Assembly (NCBI GenBank): GCA_018674305.1
Contig: JABHAL010000010.1
Span: forward strand, 25,708 to 89,707
Source of the DNA: Candidatus Falkowbacteria bacterium
GTDB taxonomy: Bacteria > Patescibacteriota > Patescibacteriia > UBA11705 > JABHMO01
Direction of reading: 5' to 3'
Length of the DNA: 64,000 nt
Shown: positions 27,973 through 36,160 of the stretch, piece after piece
Position numbering within the stretch: position 1 is the stretch's first letter
How the letters are laid out: every line of letters begins with the position of its first letter
The notes under the pieces: generated by a model
The model's input: the letters and a program-made list of their open reading frames with translations, nothing else
Databases searched by the model: none
What the model was told of the DNA's origin: nothing
Made by a program: the position numbers and the translations under genes

Positions 27973-28515
27973 CTATTTATCTTCGATAACACGTACCATT
28001 GCCGGCGGAGTGGCCAGCTGAAGTGGCTGATCGCACAGCATGTACGTCCCGCTCCACTCTAGGTAAACATCATCCGTAGTAAAGAAGAAAACCGCGTCAC
28101 CATTGGTTCCGTACGAACCATCGAGCTGCGGGCTTTCCACAACCTTACCACCAACACGTCTACGTGCAAAAGGATCATCGACAATCTGTTCACCAGTAGT
28201 TAACTTGGAGTTAACACTGGAGACCTTACCCTTGATAGTATGAAAGGCCATCACCTTACCATAGCTAACCAGGTAAATGTAGCTGATCTTGTTCGGATCA
28301 TTGAAACGGTTAAGCCGCTTTGACAGGTTATCTCGCTCCAAAGAACTCTCGATCTTGGGCGGCGGCGTGGCCTTGATCAGACGACCCTGCTGCTCTTCCG
28401 TGAAATTGGCCTCTGCCTTCTGGGTCTCACCCTGGCCCTCGTAGGACTCATCATCACAACCAACAAAGGCAGTGAACGCGAAAACACACGCAATTGCCAG
28501 CATAATTTTCTTCAT
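27973..28515 (-). CDS. Lipoprotein paralog 1 (unknown family)
   Basis: 180 aa with signal and lipobox AFTAFVGC. Conserved core LIKATPPPKIESSLER...ISYIYLVSYGKVMAFHTIKGKV...VESPQLDGSYG...PLQLATPP. Local GC is about 50-55%. Confidence 0.7.
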   Translation of the reverse strand: MKKIMLAIACVFAFTAFVGCDDESYEGQGETQKAEANFTEEQQGRLIKATPPPKIESSLERDNLSKRLNRFNDPNKISYIYLVSYGKVMAFHTIKGKVSSVNSKLTTGEQIVDDPFARRRVGGKVVESPQLDGSYGTNGDAVFFFTTDDVYLEWSGTYMLCDQPLQLATPPAMVRVIEDK

Positions 28516-29102
28516 TTCGACACCTCCTCGTCGCTCGTATCAGTCTTGGGATTATCCTCAATAATGCGAACCATCTCCGGAGGAGTAGACAGCTGAAGTG
28601 GTTGGTCGCTCAGCATGTATGCACCGTTCCACTCCAAGTAAATATCGTCCGTGGTGAAGAAGAAAACCGCATCGCCATTAGTTCCATATGAACCATCGAG
28701 CTGCGGGCTTTCTACTACCTTACCAGACCTGCCCTCATGATGAGCAAAAGGATCCTTCACGATCTGCTCACCAGTAGTCAACTTTGAATTAACACTAGAA
28801 ACCTTTCCCTTGATTGCATGAAAGGCCATGACCTTACCAAAATCGACCAAGTAGATATAACTGATCTTGTTGGGATCATTGAAACGAACAAGACGCTTGG
28901 CCAAATTCTCACGCTCCAAAGAGCTCTCGATCTTGGGCGGTGGGGTGGACTTGATCAGACGACCCTGCTGCGCTTCCGTGATCTTAGCTTCTTCCTTCTG
29001 GGTCTCACCCTGGCCCTCATAAGTTTGCTTTTCCGTCTTGCAGCCAACAAAGGCAAACGCCAGAATCAAGCTAAACAAAACCAACGTCTTTCCAGTCCTC
29101 AT
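28512..29102 (-). CDS. Lipoprotein paralog 2
   Basis: 196 aa with lipobox AFAFVGC and ribosome-binding site GAGGAGG. It is about 70% identical to paralog 1, and its stop overlaps the paralog 1 start (ATGA). Confidence 0.7.
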   Translation of the reverse strand: MRTGKTLVLFSLILAFAFVGCKTEKQTYEGQGETQKEEAKITEAQQGRLIKSTPPPKIESSLERENLAKRLVRFNDPNKISYIYLVDFGKVMAFHAIKGKVSSVNSKLTTGEQIVKDPFAHHEGRSGKVVESPQLDGSYGTNGDAVFFFTTDDIYLEWNGAYMLSDQPLQLSTPPEMVRIIEDNPKTDTSDEEVSK

Positions 29103-29226
29103 CGCAACCTCCTCAAGGTTATTAAGATGAATACACTAACAGATAGTGTAAACATCCTATAATATCACATATGAAATACTTTGTCAATAGCGACTGTAAT
29201 TTTACCACAAAGTCGCCCCTTTGAGA

Positions 29227-29263
29227 TAAAAAAACAGAGCCTGGTTAGAGAACCAAGGCTCTG
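29227..29263 (-). terminator. Rho-independent terminator after lipoprotein 3 (duplicate of the 27924-27961 module)
   Basis: Same hairpin and A-run. About 60 bp including the gene 3' end is duplicated (aaaaaacagagcctggttagagaaccaaggctctgtYgtgttattactaYttgtcttcgat). Confidence 0.7.
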
Positions 29264-29274
29264 TCGTGTTATTA

Positions 29275-29817
29275 CTACTTGTCTTCGATCATCCGGACCA
29301 TGGCCGGTGGCGTAGACAGTTGCAGTGGCTCAGTAAGCCACATGTAATCACCTCGCCACTGGACCAATACTTCTTCTGTAGTCCAGAAGAAGATCGCGTC
29401 TTCACTCGGACCATAGGATCCGTCCAATCCAGGACTTTCCATCGTATGTCGAGTTCGTCCAGCGCCAGTTGATCCATCGCCGACCTCGACAACCTGATCA
29501 CGCGTAGTCAACTTAGACGAACAATAAGTAACCTTGCCCTTCACCGTATGAAAGGCCATCACCTTGCCATAACTGATCAAGTAAATATAAGAGATTCGAT
29601 CTTCACGATTGATCTCCTTGAGATACTTCACCAGATTCTCCCGCTCTAGAGAATTTTTCATCTCCGGCGGAGGAGTCGACTTGAGTAACCGTTCCTGGTT
29701 CCTCTCTGTCATTTCCATCTCATCGATGGTAGTCTGGCCAGTATCCAGCGCCTTACCGCAACTGATCATACCCATAGCCAGAACACAGAGAGTAACAATC
29801 GTCATAAGCTTCTTCAT
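29275..29817 (-). CDS. Lipoprotein paralog 3 (diverged)
   Basis: 180 aa with lipobox GMISCG. It is about 45% identical to paralogs 1 and 2 and conserves the TPPPEM, ISYIYLISYGKVMAFHTVKGKV and PLQLSTPPAMVRMIEDK blocks. Confidence 0.7.
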   Translation of the reverse strand: MKKLMTIVTLCVLAMGMISCGKALDTGQTTIDEMEMTERNQERLLKSTPPPEMKNSLERENLVKYLKEINREDRISYIYLISYGKVMAFHTVKGKVTYCSSKLTTRDQVVEVGDGSTGAGRTRHTMESPGLDGSYGPSEDAIFFWTTEEVLVQWRGDYMWLTEPLQLSTPPAMVRMIEDK

Positions 29818-29826
29818 GTCAATCTC

Positions 29827-30342
29827 CTACTGGCCGGGGATAGTGAAATCTGCCGGATGCGTCGCCGGAAGATCATCAGTTTTGAACAGCTCACGGTTGG
29901 CCATTTCAGTTCGCGCATTGTACTTGGCCACCACGTCTCGCCGTTGATTCTGCAGACCCAGCACGATCGTGTTGAGTCGAGAATACTCGGTCTTGTCCTC
30001 GAACGTCCAATCCTTGCGCGGACCAGCGTCTTCCTTGAAGCGCTTGAGCGCCGCGTCAGAATTGACGATCTTGGACTCCAGCGACAGGATATCCTGATTC
30101 GTCTGCTTGAACCACTCGTAGTTCTGGATCACGTTGTCCGCGTCCAGAGTCTTCTCCATGATCTTCACAGCCTGCTCGCCGGGATAACACACCACCCGGA
30201 CAACCGTCCCGATGAGTCCCAACACAATCACAACTGCGAGGATCTTGAAGAACATACTCCAAGGTCCACCTTTGGCCAGGTTGTAGGCCGTGTTTTCGTA
30301 CTTTCGCCCAACATCATCCCATCGATCATCATTCCGTGTCAT
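29827..30342 (-). CDS. LemA-like membrane protein (low-confidence family assignment)
   Basis: Ribosome-binding site AAGGAGGTG before the internal ATG (MTRNDDR). One transmembrane helix (FFKILAVVIVLGLIGTVV) then a helical region with YNARTEMANRELFK, loosely LemA-like. The track ORF extends to 30369. Confidence 0.45.
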   Translation of the reverse strand: MTRNDDRWDDVGRKYENTAYNLAKGGPWSMFFKILAVVIVLGLIGTVVRVVCYPGEQAVKIMEKTLDADNVIQNYEWFKQTNQDILSLESKIVNSDAALKRFKEDAGPRKDWTFEDKTEYSRLNTIVLGLQNQRRDVVAKYNARTEMANRELFKTDDLPATHPADFTIPGQ

Positions 30343-30473
30343 CTCCACCTCCTTAAGGTTTAGACACAAAAATACTTCTATTCAGCAACACAGTTTTCAT
30401 AAGAGTATAGCATAAAGATTAAATACTGTCAACCCTATTACCTAAATTTACAACAGAAATACTATTTGAAACA

Positions 30474-30497
30474 AAAAACAGGCAAATAACGCCTGCT
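30474..30497 (-). terminator. Rho-independent terminator after the helicase gene
   Basis: caggc-aaataac-gcctg followed on the minus strand by a U-run (plus aaaaaa 30474-30479). Confidence 0.5.
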
Positions 30498-30511
30498 TAA
30501 TAACAAAGAAA

Positions 30512-30628
30512 CAATTAACCAAATCCTAAATAAACACAAAATATCAATGCTTAAAATATAAAAATAACTTTTGAATTTAAATATTATAATTTGTTTAGAA
30601 TTTAGAGTTTGATTCATTGATCAATTTG
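30512..30628. repeat. Intergenic repeat family, copy C (5'-truncated)
   Basis: acaattaaccaaatcctaaataaac...cttttgaattt...ttagagtttgattcattgatcaattt. Confidence 0.6.
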
Positions 30629-32593
30629 TCAATCTACATAAATAACATCTTCGCCCTCATCATTAAACCCATACGGCTGATGTCCTTGCTTCATATACTT
30701 TGATTCATCTAACTCACGGATGAACATAGACGGTTTGGAAAATACCTCACCGAACTTGTAACTAAACGAACGAACCGGGAACAACATATTCAATTCATCC
30801 TTGGCTCTCGTGGCCGCCACGTAAAACAAACGTCGTTCTTCCTCCAACTCGCGCGGATTGTCAATAGATTTATGGTGAGGAAAATGACCATCGCGTAATC
30901 CGATTATAAAAACTACTGCCCACTCCAAGCCTTTGGCTTGATGAATTGTGGACAAAATCACTGCGTTCTTGTCATGTTCATGCTCATCAGCAAACGACTC
31001 ACTAAGCATCACGTCAGTTAAAAGTTTATCCAAATCATTATACATTGCCACAAAGTTAACCAATTGACCTAAGTCATCCAGGCGGTCACGATAATTCTCA
31101 TAAGCATTTTTCAAATACTCTTCATAACCATGCGCTAAAACATATTCCACTGCCTCGGCAATATAACCTTTTTGATTTTTATCTAAATCTTTCAGAAAAC
31201 TAAAAGTTGAAGAAATCCTTCCCCAGCTAATTGCAGCTTTACCCGTTAACTTTAAATTTCCATCGATTAATTCGCTCAGCTCACCGAATTCCTGAATTTT
31301 TTTCCAAATAACTTCAGCTCTTTTCATTCCAATGCCTTCATACATTAATAAAATTCGTTTCCAGGAGACCTCATCCTGATAGTTAGTTAAAACTTTTAAA
31401 TAGGCCACAACGTCTTTGACGTGAGCTTGCTCAAAATAGCGCATACCACCGCGTACAACGTAAGGAATATTTTGTTTTGATAGTTCCAGTTGAATTTCCG
31501 CTGATTGAAAAGTTGCGCGATACAAAACTGCCATTGATTCATAATTAACACCATCACGATACAGTTGCATTATTCTTTTGATAATCAAACTAGCCTGTTG
31601 TTGCTGATCACGTGCGGCAATCAAAGTTGGTAAAATATTATCTCCTCGGTTTGGTTTTAATGCTTTTTGAAATTGATCCACGTTATGCTCAATACTATTA
31701 TTTGCTAAATCTAATATTTGAGGAGTACTACGATAATTAGTTTCAATTTTGTAAATTTTGGTTTTTGCAAACAGTTTAGGAAAATTTAATATGTTCTTTA
31801 CATCAGCAGCGCGAAATGAATAAATACTTTGTGAATCATCACCAACTACCAGTACATTATTATGAAATGACGACAAATGTCGAATAATTTCCGCTTGGAT
31901 GTAATTTGTATCTTGATATTCGTCAACCAAAATGTATTCAAACTGCTTGGCAAATCTTTCTTTGATATCTGGGAATTGCTCTAACAGTCTCAACCAATTC
32001 ACTAAAAGGTCATCAAAGTCCATCACGTTGGCAACTTTTTTCTTTTTATTATAAATAAAAGCAATCTCTTCACATTTTTCCGCAATAAAATCAGGGTAAG
32101 AATAATACACTTCAACCACCTCACGAATATCTTGATTGGTGTTTCGGGAATAACTAATCATACCTTGAACAATACTGGCCTTAGGAAAATTCTGCCCTTT
32201 AACATTCAACGCCAATTCTTCCATCGCGGCCTTAACCAAACTGATTGAATCAGCTTGATCTAAAATATTGAAGTTTCGATTATAATCTAGCTTGTCAGCG
32301 TATTTACGAAGAACTCTATTGGCAATACGATGAAATGTACCGCCCCACAAATGATCAGGGTTAAATCCTAACAAATTTTCTACTCTGGCTAACATTTCAT
32401 TGGCCGCTCTATTGGTAAACGTAACCAACAATATACTTTCAGGTTTTATCCCACATTCTACTAAATAAGCCACACGAAAAACTAAAGTGCGTGTTTTTCC
32501 TGACCCGGCGCCCGCCAAAACCAAACAAGGGCCGTCCGATTCGGTAACGACTTGATATTGTTCTTTATTTAGTAGTTTTTTATACTCAATCAT
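30629..32593 (-). CDS. UvrD/PcrA/Rep-family ATP-dependent DNA helicase
   Basis: 654 aa. Motif I is LVLAGAGSGKTRTLVFRVAYL, with DEYQDTN-like motif II and the rest of the helicase motifs. Confidence 0.88.
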   Translation of the reverse strand: MIEYKKLLNKEQYQVVTESDGPCLVLAGAGSGKTRTLVFRVAYLVECGIKPESILLVTFTNRAANEMLARVENLLGFNPDHLWGGTFHRIANRVLRKYADKLDYNRNFNILDQADSISLVKAAMEELALNVKGQNFPKASIVQGMISYSRNTNQDIREVVEVYYSYPDFIAEKCEEIAFIYNKKKKVANVMDFDDLLVNWLRLLEQFPDIKERFAKQFEYILVDEYQDTNYIQAEIIRHLSSFHNNVLVVGDDSQSIYSFRAADVKNILNFPKLFAKTKIYKIETNYRSTPQILDLANNSIEHNVDQFQKALKPNRGDNILPTLIAARDQQQQASLIIKRIMQLYRDGVNYESMAVLYRATFQSAEIQLELSKQNIPYVVRGGMRYFEQAHVKDVVAYLKVLTNYQDEVSWKRILLMYEGIGMKRAEVIWKKIQEFGELSELIDGNLKLTGKAAISWGRISSTFSFLKDLDKNQKGYIAEAVEYVLAHGYEEYLKNAYENYRDRLDDLGQLVNFVAMYNDLDKLLTDVMLSESFADEHEHDKNAVILSTIHQAKGLEWAVVFIIGLRDGHFPHHKSIDNPRELEEERRLFYVAATRAKDELNMLFPVRSFSYKFGEVFSKPSMFIRELDESKYMKQGHQPYGFNDEGEDVIYVD

Positions 32594-32598
32594 TTGGA

Positions 32599-33174
32599 TT
32601 ACGAGATTACAAGATTATTCCTGTCACGTTGCCATTTTTGGGGATTGCAACGAATATACCAACGAACTTGCTCTAATTCCTCCTGACTTCGAATTATCCG
32701 ATCGTAAAATCTCCCCTGCCAAAACCTTTCACCAACTGTCCCCCTTATTTTATTAATTTGTTTAGCTGACTGCATTTTAAATCGTCCAATCATTTTGGGC
32801 AATAACATATGGCGACGAATCATTCGACGACACGTTGTGTCGTCTGCATACATTCGTAGAGACAATTCATGAATTGTCTCTACATCACGGTCGTCGCCAT
32901 TAACAATTCTAATTATCCCATGAAAATGATTGGGCATAATTATATATTTATCTATTTCACATTGTGGATAATGCCGAAACGCATCTTGCCAACATTGCTC
33001 AACAATTTCACCAAAGTCATTTAGAAACATCTTTTCATTCCTAACTTTCCCTAGCCACTCAATCATATAAGATGTACACATCGTAACATAATAGAATCCA
33101 TCAGACGAATAATTCCAATACGGCAAACGTGTTGATTTAATTCTATACCTGTTTTTATATAATTCCTCACTCAT
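32599..33174 (-). CDS. IS200-like / REP-associated tyrosine (Y1, HUH) transposase
   Basis: 191 aa. HUH motif PNHFHGIIRI and a C-terminal tyrosine region RFWQGRFYDRII...YIRCNPQKW. It ends 5 bp upstream of the helicase start. Confidence 0.7.
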   Translation of the reverse strand: MSEELYKNRYRIKSTRLPYWNYSSDGFYYVTMCTSYMIEWLGKVRNEKMFLNDFGEIVEQCWQDAFRHYPQCEIDKYIIMPNHFHGIIRIVNGDDRDVETIHELSLRMYADDTTCRRMIRRHMLLPKMIGRFKMQSAKQINKIRGTVGERFWQGRFYDRIIRSQEELEQVRWYIRCNPQKWQRDRNNLVIS

Positions 33175-33205
33175 ATTGGTATTATTTTACCACAAAAATA
33201 GCCAA

Positions 33206-33234
33206 AACAAAAAAAGGGCCTAATGTAGACCCTT
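33206..33234 (-). terminator. Probable terminator after the 33250 gene
   Basis: agggtct...ggccct stem with a G-U pair, followed on the minus strand by a U-run (plus aaaaaaa). Confidence 0.4.
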
Positions 33235-33249
33235 ATAATATTCAACAAC

Positions 33250-33657
33250 CTAAGTACCAAGCTTAGTGGCAATGGCACTCACATAAGTATCGATATTTAC
33301 TTCTCCGAAAACAGTATGCTCAAACAACCGTCCATCAAACAACTTCCGAGTATCATCAGTAACTGAATGTCCGATACAAATCAAGACCTGCCGTTGTTCT
33401 TCAGTCAAAAGATCATAAACACGCCTTGAAAACCCAGGAGTCATCGGGCGCAAACACAGAAAAATCAAGTCAAACTTTTTTCCCCTAAAATGTTGAATCG
33501 CGGCTTCATCAGTTGGCAGTGGCCACAAAAAATCATTTTCAAATTCTATACCATCTCTTGTAAAAAACCCAAACAATGTTGTTATCGCCTGAAAAAAACT
33601 ATCGTCTGGTGCCATTTCACTAGTTGTAAAAAACAAAACCCTCTTTGTTTCTTTCAT
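33250..33657 (-). CDS. Hypothetical protein
   Basis: Ribosome-binding site AAGGAGG before the internal ATG (MKETKRVLFF). The track ORF extends to 33735. No family recognised. Confidence 0.5.
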   Translation of the reverse strand: MKETKRVLFFTTSEMAPDDSFFQAITTLFGFFTRDGIEFENDFLWPLPTDEAAIQHFRGKKFDLIFLCLRPMTPGFSRRVYDLLTEEQRQVLICIGHSVTDDTRKLFDGRLFEHTVFGEVNIDTYVSAIATKLGT

Positions 33658-33802
33658 GGGGGCCTCCTTTGCCTTCCAATAATAGAGATTAACAAAGAAG
33701 TTGAATTTTGTCAATATATAAACAAAGAGTATCAAGCATTGTAAAATAAAAAAATCCCACCATCGGCAAGATTATATCCGCTTTATCCACGTGTAATCCG
33801 TT

Positions 33803-34351
33803 CTATCCGCGCTGACTAAATTCACAACCACAATAGTCCTGCCTGTGGAAATCTTCTTGCGAACTTAATTCACAAGATTTTTTGAAGCCTTCGTTCTTAC
33901 GCCAAATCGTATCAATGAATTTTAGATTATAAAACTCTGCGAACTCCTGGCCGATCTGATTTATCATTTCCGCGGGTTTATGTGGACTAATAGTTAAAGT
34001 TGAAGCAAACGCGTCAAAGCCATCCTCCATCGCTCGTTGCGCCACCTCACCAAGTCGATGCATAAAACATTTGCGACAGCGCTCACCCTTTTCTGGTTCA
34101 TTTTCCAAACCTTTAATTAACTCTAACCATTCATCATGTACGTATTTTCCTTCAATTAATTTAATCCCCAATTTTTCAGTGTAACGCTTAACCTCATCTA
34201 AACGTAGTTTATATTCCTCTTCTGGAAAAATATTTGGATTATAAAAATAAACAGAGACCTCATGTCCCTCTTTTTGCAATTCATTAATAACTTGCCCGCC
34301 GCACGGAGCACAGCAAGAATGGAGTAATATTTTCATAAGATCAAGGATCAA
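33803..34351 (-). CDS. queH: Epoxyqueuosine reductase QueH (DUF208)
   Basis: 182 aa. LLHSCCAPCGG with conserved Cys/His, ...ERCRKCFMHRL and the C-terminal CGCEFS are typical of QueH. Confidence 0.8.
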   Translation of the reverse strand: MILDLMKILLHSCCAPCGGQVINELQKEGHEVSVYFYNPNIFPEEEYKLRLDEVKRYTEKLGIKLIEGKYVHDEWLELIKGLENEPEKGERCRKCFMHRLGEVAQRAMEDGFDAFASTLTISPHKPAEMINQIGQEFAEFYNLKFIDTIWRKNEGFKKSCELSSQEDFHRQDYCGCEFSQRG

Positions 34352-34406
34352 GGGGCAAAGGTCAAAGAAGGATTAAAGCATAAAGATAAAAGAATAAAGA
34401 ATTACA

Positions 34407-34814
34407 CTAATCTTTTTTCTTGATTCTAGTTCCTTCCTTTCCATGAATTATTGAACCTAGGATTTTAGTTAACTCCAAAGCCTCTTGTGCCAACCTTTGT
34501 CTTTCTGCTTCTATTTTTTTATCATCCTCAATTACATACAAAAGACTCAGCCAGTGACGACTTTCTTTTGCTTCTTTCCGACATATTTTTAATCTATGTA
34601 ATTCATCTTTTGGACTTACTGATTCCCAACCTTCAATATAATTTGCGCCAACTGAACCCGAGGACCTAACCAATTGTTTTCCATCTTCAATATTGGCCGT
34701 TGTTTTTTGTAATTGTCTAACTAACGACCTACAATCCTGACCAAACTTTAAACAACGGTCATATAATTGATTTTTTGCTGAAAAATTATTCTGTTCCATA
34801 TGTCCCACGTTCAC
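34407..34814 (-). CDS. Four-helix-bundle protein (TIGR02436-like; the family historically annotated as 23S rRNA intervening-sequence protein)
   Basis: 135 aa with QLVRSSGSVGANYIEGWESVSPKDELHRLKICRKEAKESRHWLSLL, the canonical pattern. Confidence 0.75.
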   Translation of the reverse strand: MNVGHMEQNNFSAKNQLYDRCLKFGQDCRSLVRQLQKTTANIEDGKQLVRSSGSVGANYIEGWESVSPKDELHRLKICRKEAKESRHWLSLLYVIEDDKKIEAERQRLAQEALELTKILGSIIHGKEGTRIKKKD

Positions 34815-34822
34815 TTTAAGCT

Positions 34823-35113
34823 TTATTCTTTACTCTTGGCTCTTTCTTTGCCCTTTACCCCTTGCTCTTTGCTCTTAATCCAAACCTGCTTAAAGATCTG
34901 CAACGTCAAAGTTGATAAGATAAAAGCCAACGCCGGCACAATTGAATTCATAAACGGTTTTGGTAAGCCGGCAAAATAAAAAAACACAACTATAACAACA
35001 TAGGTTAAAATCGCAATCACAATTTTCCGAAACCAACTGGTTTCCCATGCCTTGTCAGCTTCAACTCGGCGGTTACGTTTTTTGATTTGGATTATTTCCT
35101 TTTCCAGATCCAT
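34823..35113 (-). CDS. Small two-transmembrane-helix protein
   Basis: 96 aa with two hydrophobic helices. The C-terminal KGKERAKSKE is encoded by simple AAGG/CAAGG repeats. Confidence 0.5.
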   Translation of the reverse strand: MDLEKEIIQIKKRNRRVEADKAWETSWFRKIVIAILTYVVIVVFFYFAGLPKPFMNSIVPALAFILSTLTLQIFKQVWIKSKEQGVKGKERAKSKE

Positions 35114-35189
35114 AATTATATTTAATTCTTATTCCTGAACCCTAAAACCTTAAAGCTTCCCTAACTCTTGAACCTTGAATCCTAAACCT

Positions 35190-35570
35190 TTAATGCAGAT
35201 AGCTTTCCTTATAAAGCCAAGCGCTAAGGGTAGTTACAATTGTATAAATTGCTGCACCCAAAAAGCCGGCCCACCAAATAGTTATATCAAAGCCTTGGAT
35301 AAAGGTTGCTACAAACCAAAAGACTAAAGCATTAATCACCAAATTGGATAAACCCAAAGTGATAATGTTAATTGGAAAAGTTATCAACTTTAATATCATC
35401 CCCGGAACAAAATTAACCAAACCAATTACCACCACTAATATCATGGCGTAATAAAGGCTGGCCACTTCAATTCCCGGGATAAAATAACCTATGGCCAATA
35501 AACCAACTGCGTTTATAAGCCAACGAAGAATCATGTACATATTAAATAAATCAAGAAAACAAGAAATCAA
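35190..35570 (-). CDS. DUF360 / phage-holin-4_2-like membrane protein
   Basis: 126 aa with four predicted transmembrane helices. ILRWLINAVGLLAIGYFIPGIEV...GFLGAAIYTIV matches the YvlD/DUF360 pattern. Confidence 0.6.
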   Translation of the reverse strand: MISCFLDLFNMYMILRWLINAVGLLAIGYFIPGIEVASLYYAMILVVVIGLVNFVPGMILKLITFPINIITLGLSNLVINALVFWFVATFIQGFDITIWWAGFLGAAIYTIVTTLSAWLYKESYLH

Positions 35571-35597
35571 GAAAACAATTATAAAATACGTCCATAA

Positions 35598-36158
35598 TTA
35601 TTGCTTTTTTGCTTTTTTGCTTTTTTGCTTTTTTACAATTTTTGTTTTAATATAATCTTTCACTAGTCGCTCAACCCAACCGTGCTCATCAAGTAAGTCC
35701 AGGAAATAACGAGCTTCTCTGCTAACTTTGCGACGATTAAATAAATAAACAAGCTTAGCAATCCAATAATATACTATTATTAAAATTATTATTGTGTAAA
35801 GCACCCACCAAAACCAGTTGTTCTTCAAAGACCAAAACTGAATATTCAAGCGAACAGTATCATAACGAACATTTCCGTATTGATCCTCAACTTTTAGCTT
35901 AATGACATGTTCACCTTTATCAAAAAAATAACGAACCTTCTCAGACAAATAAATATCCTTGTTATCGATCGTCCATTCGTAATTTAATCCCTCATGATCA
36001 GGCAGAGTAGACACAACATAAAATTCATAAGTTTGCCAACTCAATTGAGAATATTTAATGTAAGCCTCTTGAAGTGGCTGAACAAAAGTTTGCTGGGCCA
36101 ACCCAACATTAAAACTAAAAATAAACAATATTACAATTACAACAATTTTTTTTGTCAT
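35598..36158 (-). CDS. Surface protein with a PKD-like domain, a C-terminal transmembrane anchor and a basic tail
   Basis: 186 aa with signal peptide MTKKIVVIVILFIFSFNVGLA. YEWTIDNKDIY...KLKVEDQYGNV is PKD-like; then the transmembrane segment WVLYTIIILIIVYYWIA and KK-rich tail. Confidence 0.6.
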   Translation of the reverse strand: MTKKIVVIVILFIFSFNVGLAQQTFVQPLQEAYIKYSQLSWQTYEFYVVSTLPDHEGLNYEWTIDNKDIYLSEKVRYFFDKGEHVIKLKVEDQYGNVRYDTVRLNIQFWSLKNNWFWWVLYTIIILIIVYYWIAKLVYLFNRRKVSREARYFLDLLDEHGWVERLVKDYIKTKIVKKQKSKKAKKQ

Positions 36159-36160
36159 TT

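Noticed and set aside
29857-30363. 168-aa plus-strand ORF and other plus-strand ORFs (28818-29162, 29609-29947) in the GC-rich island
   Set aside because: They are antisense to the lipoprotein and LemA-like genes. High GC suppresses stop codons and produces long spurious antisense frames.
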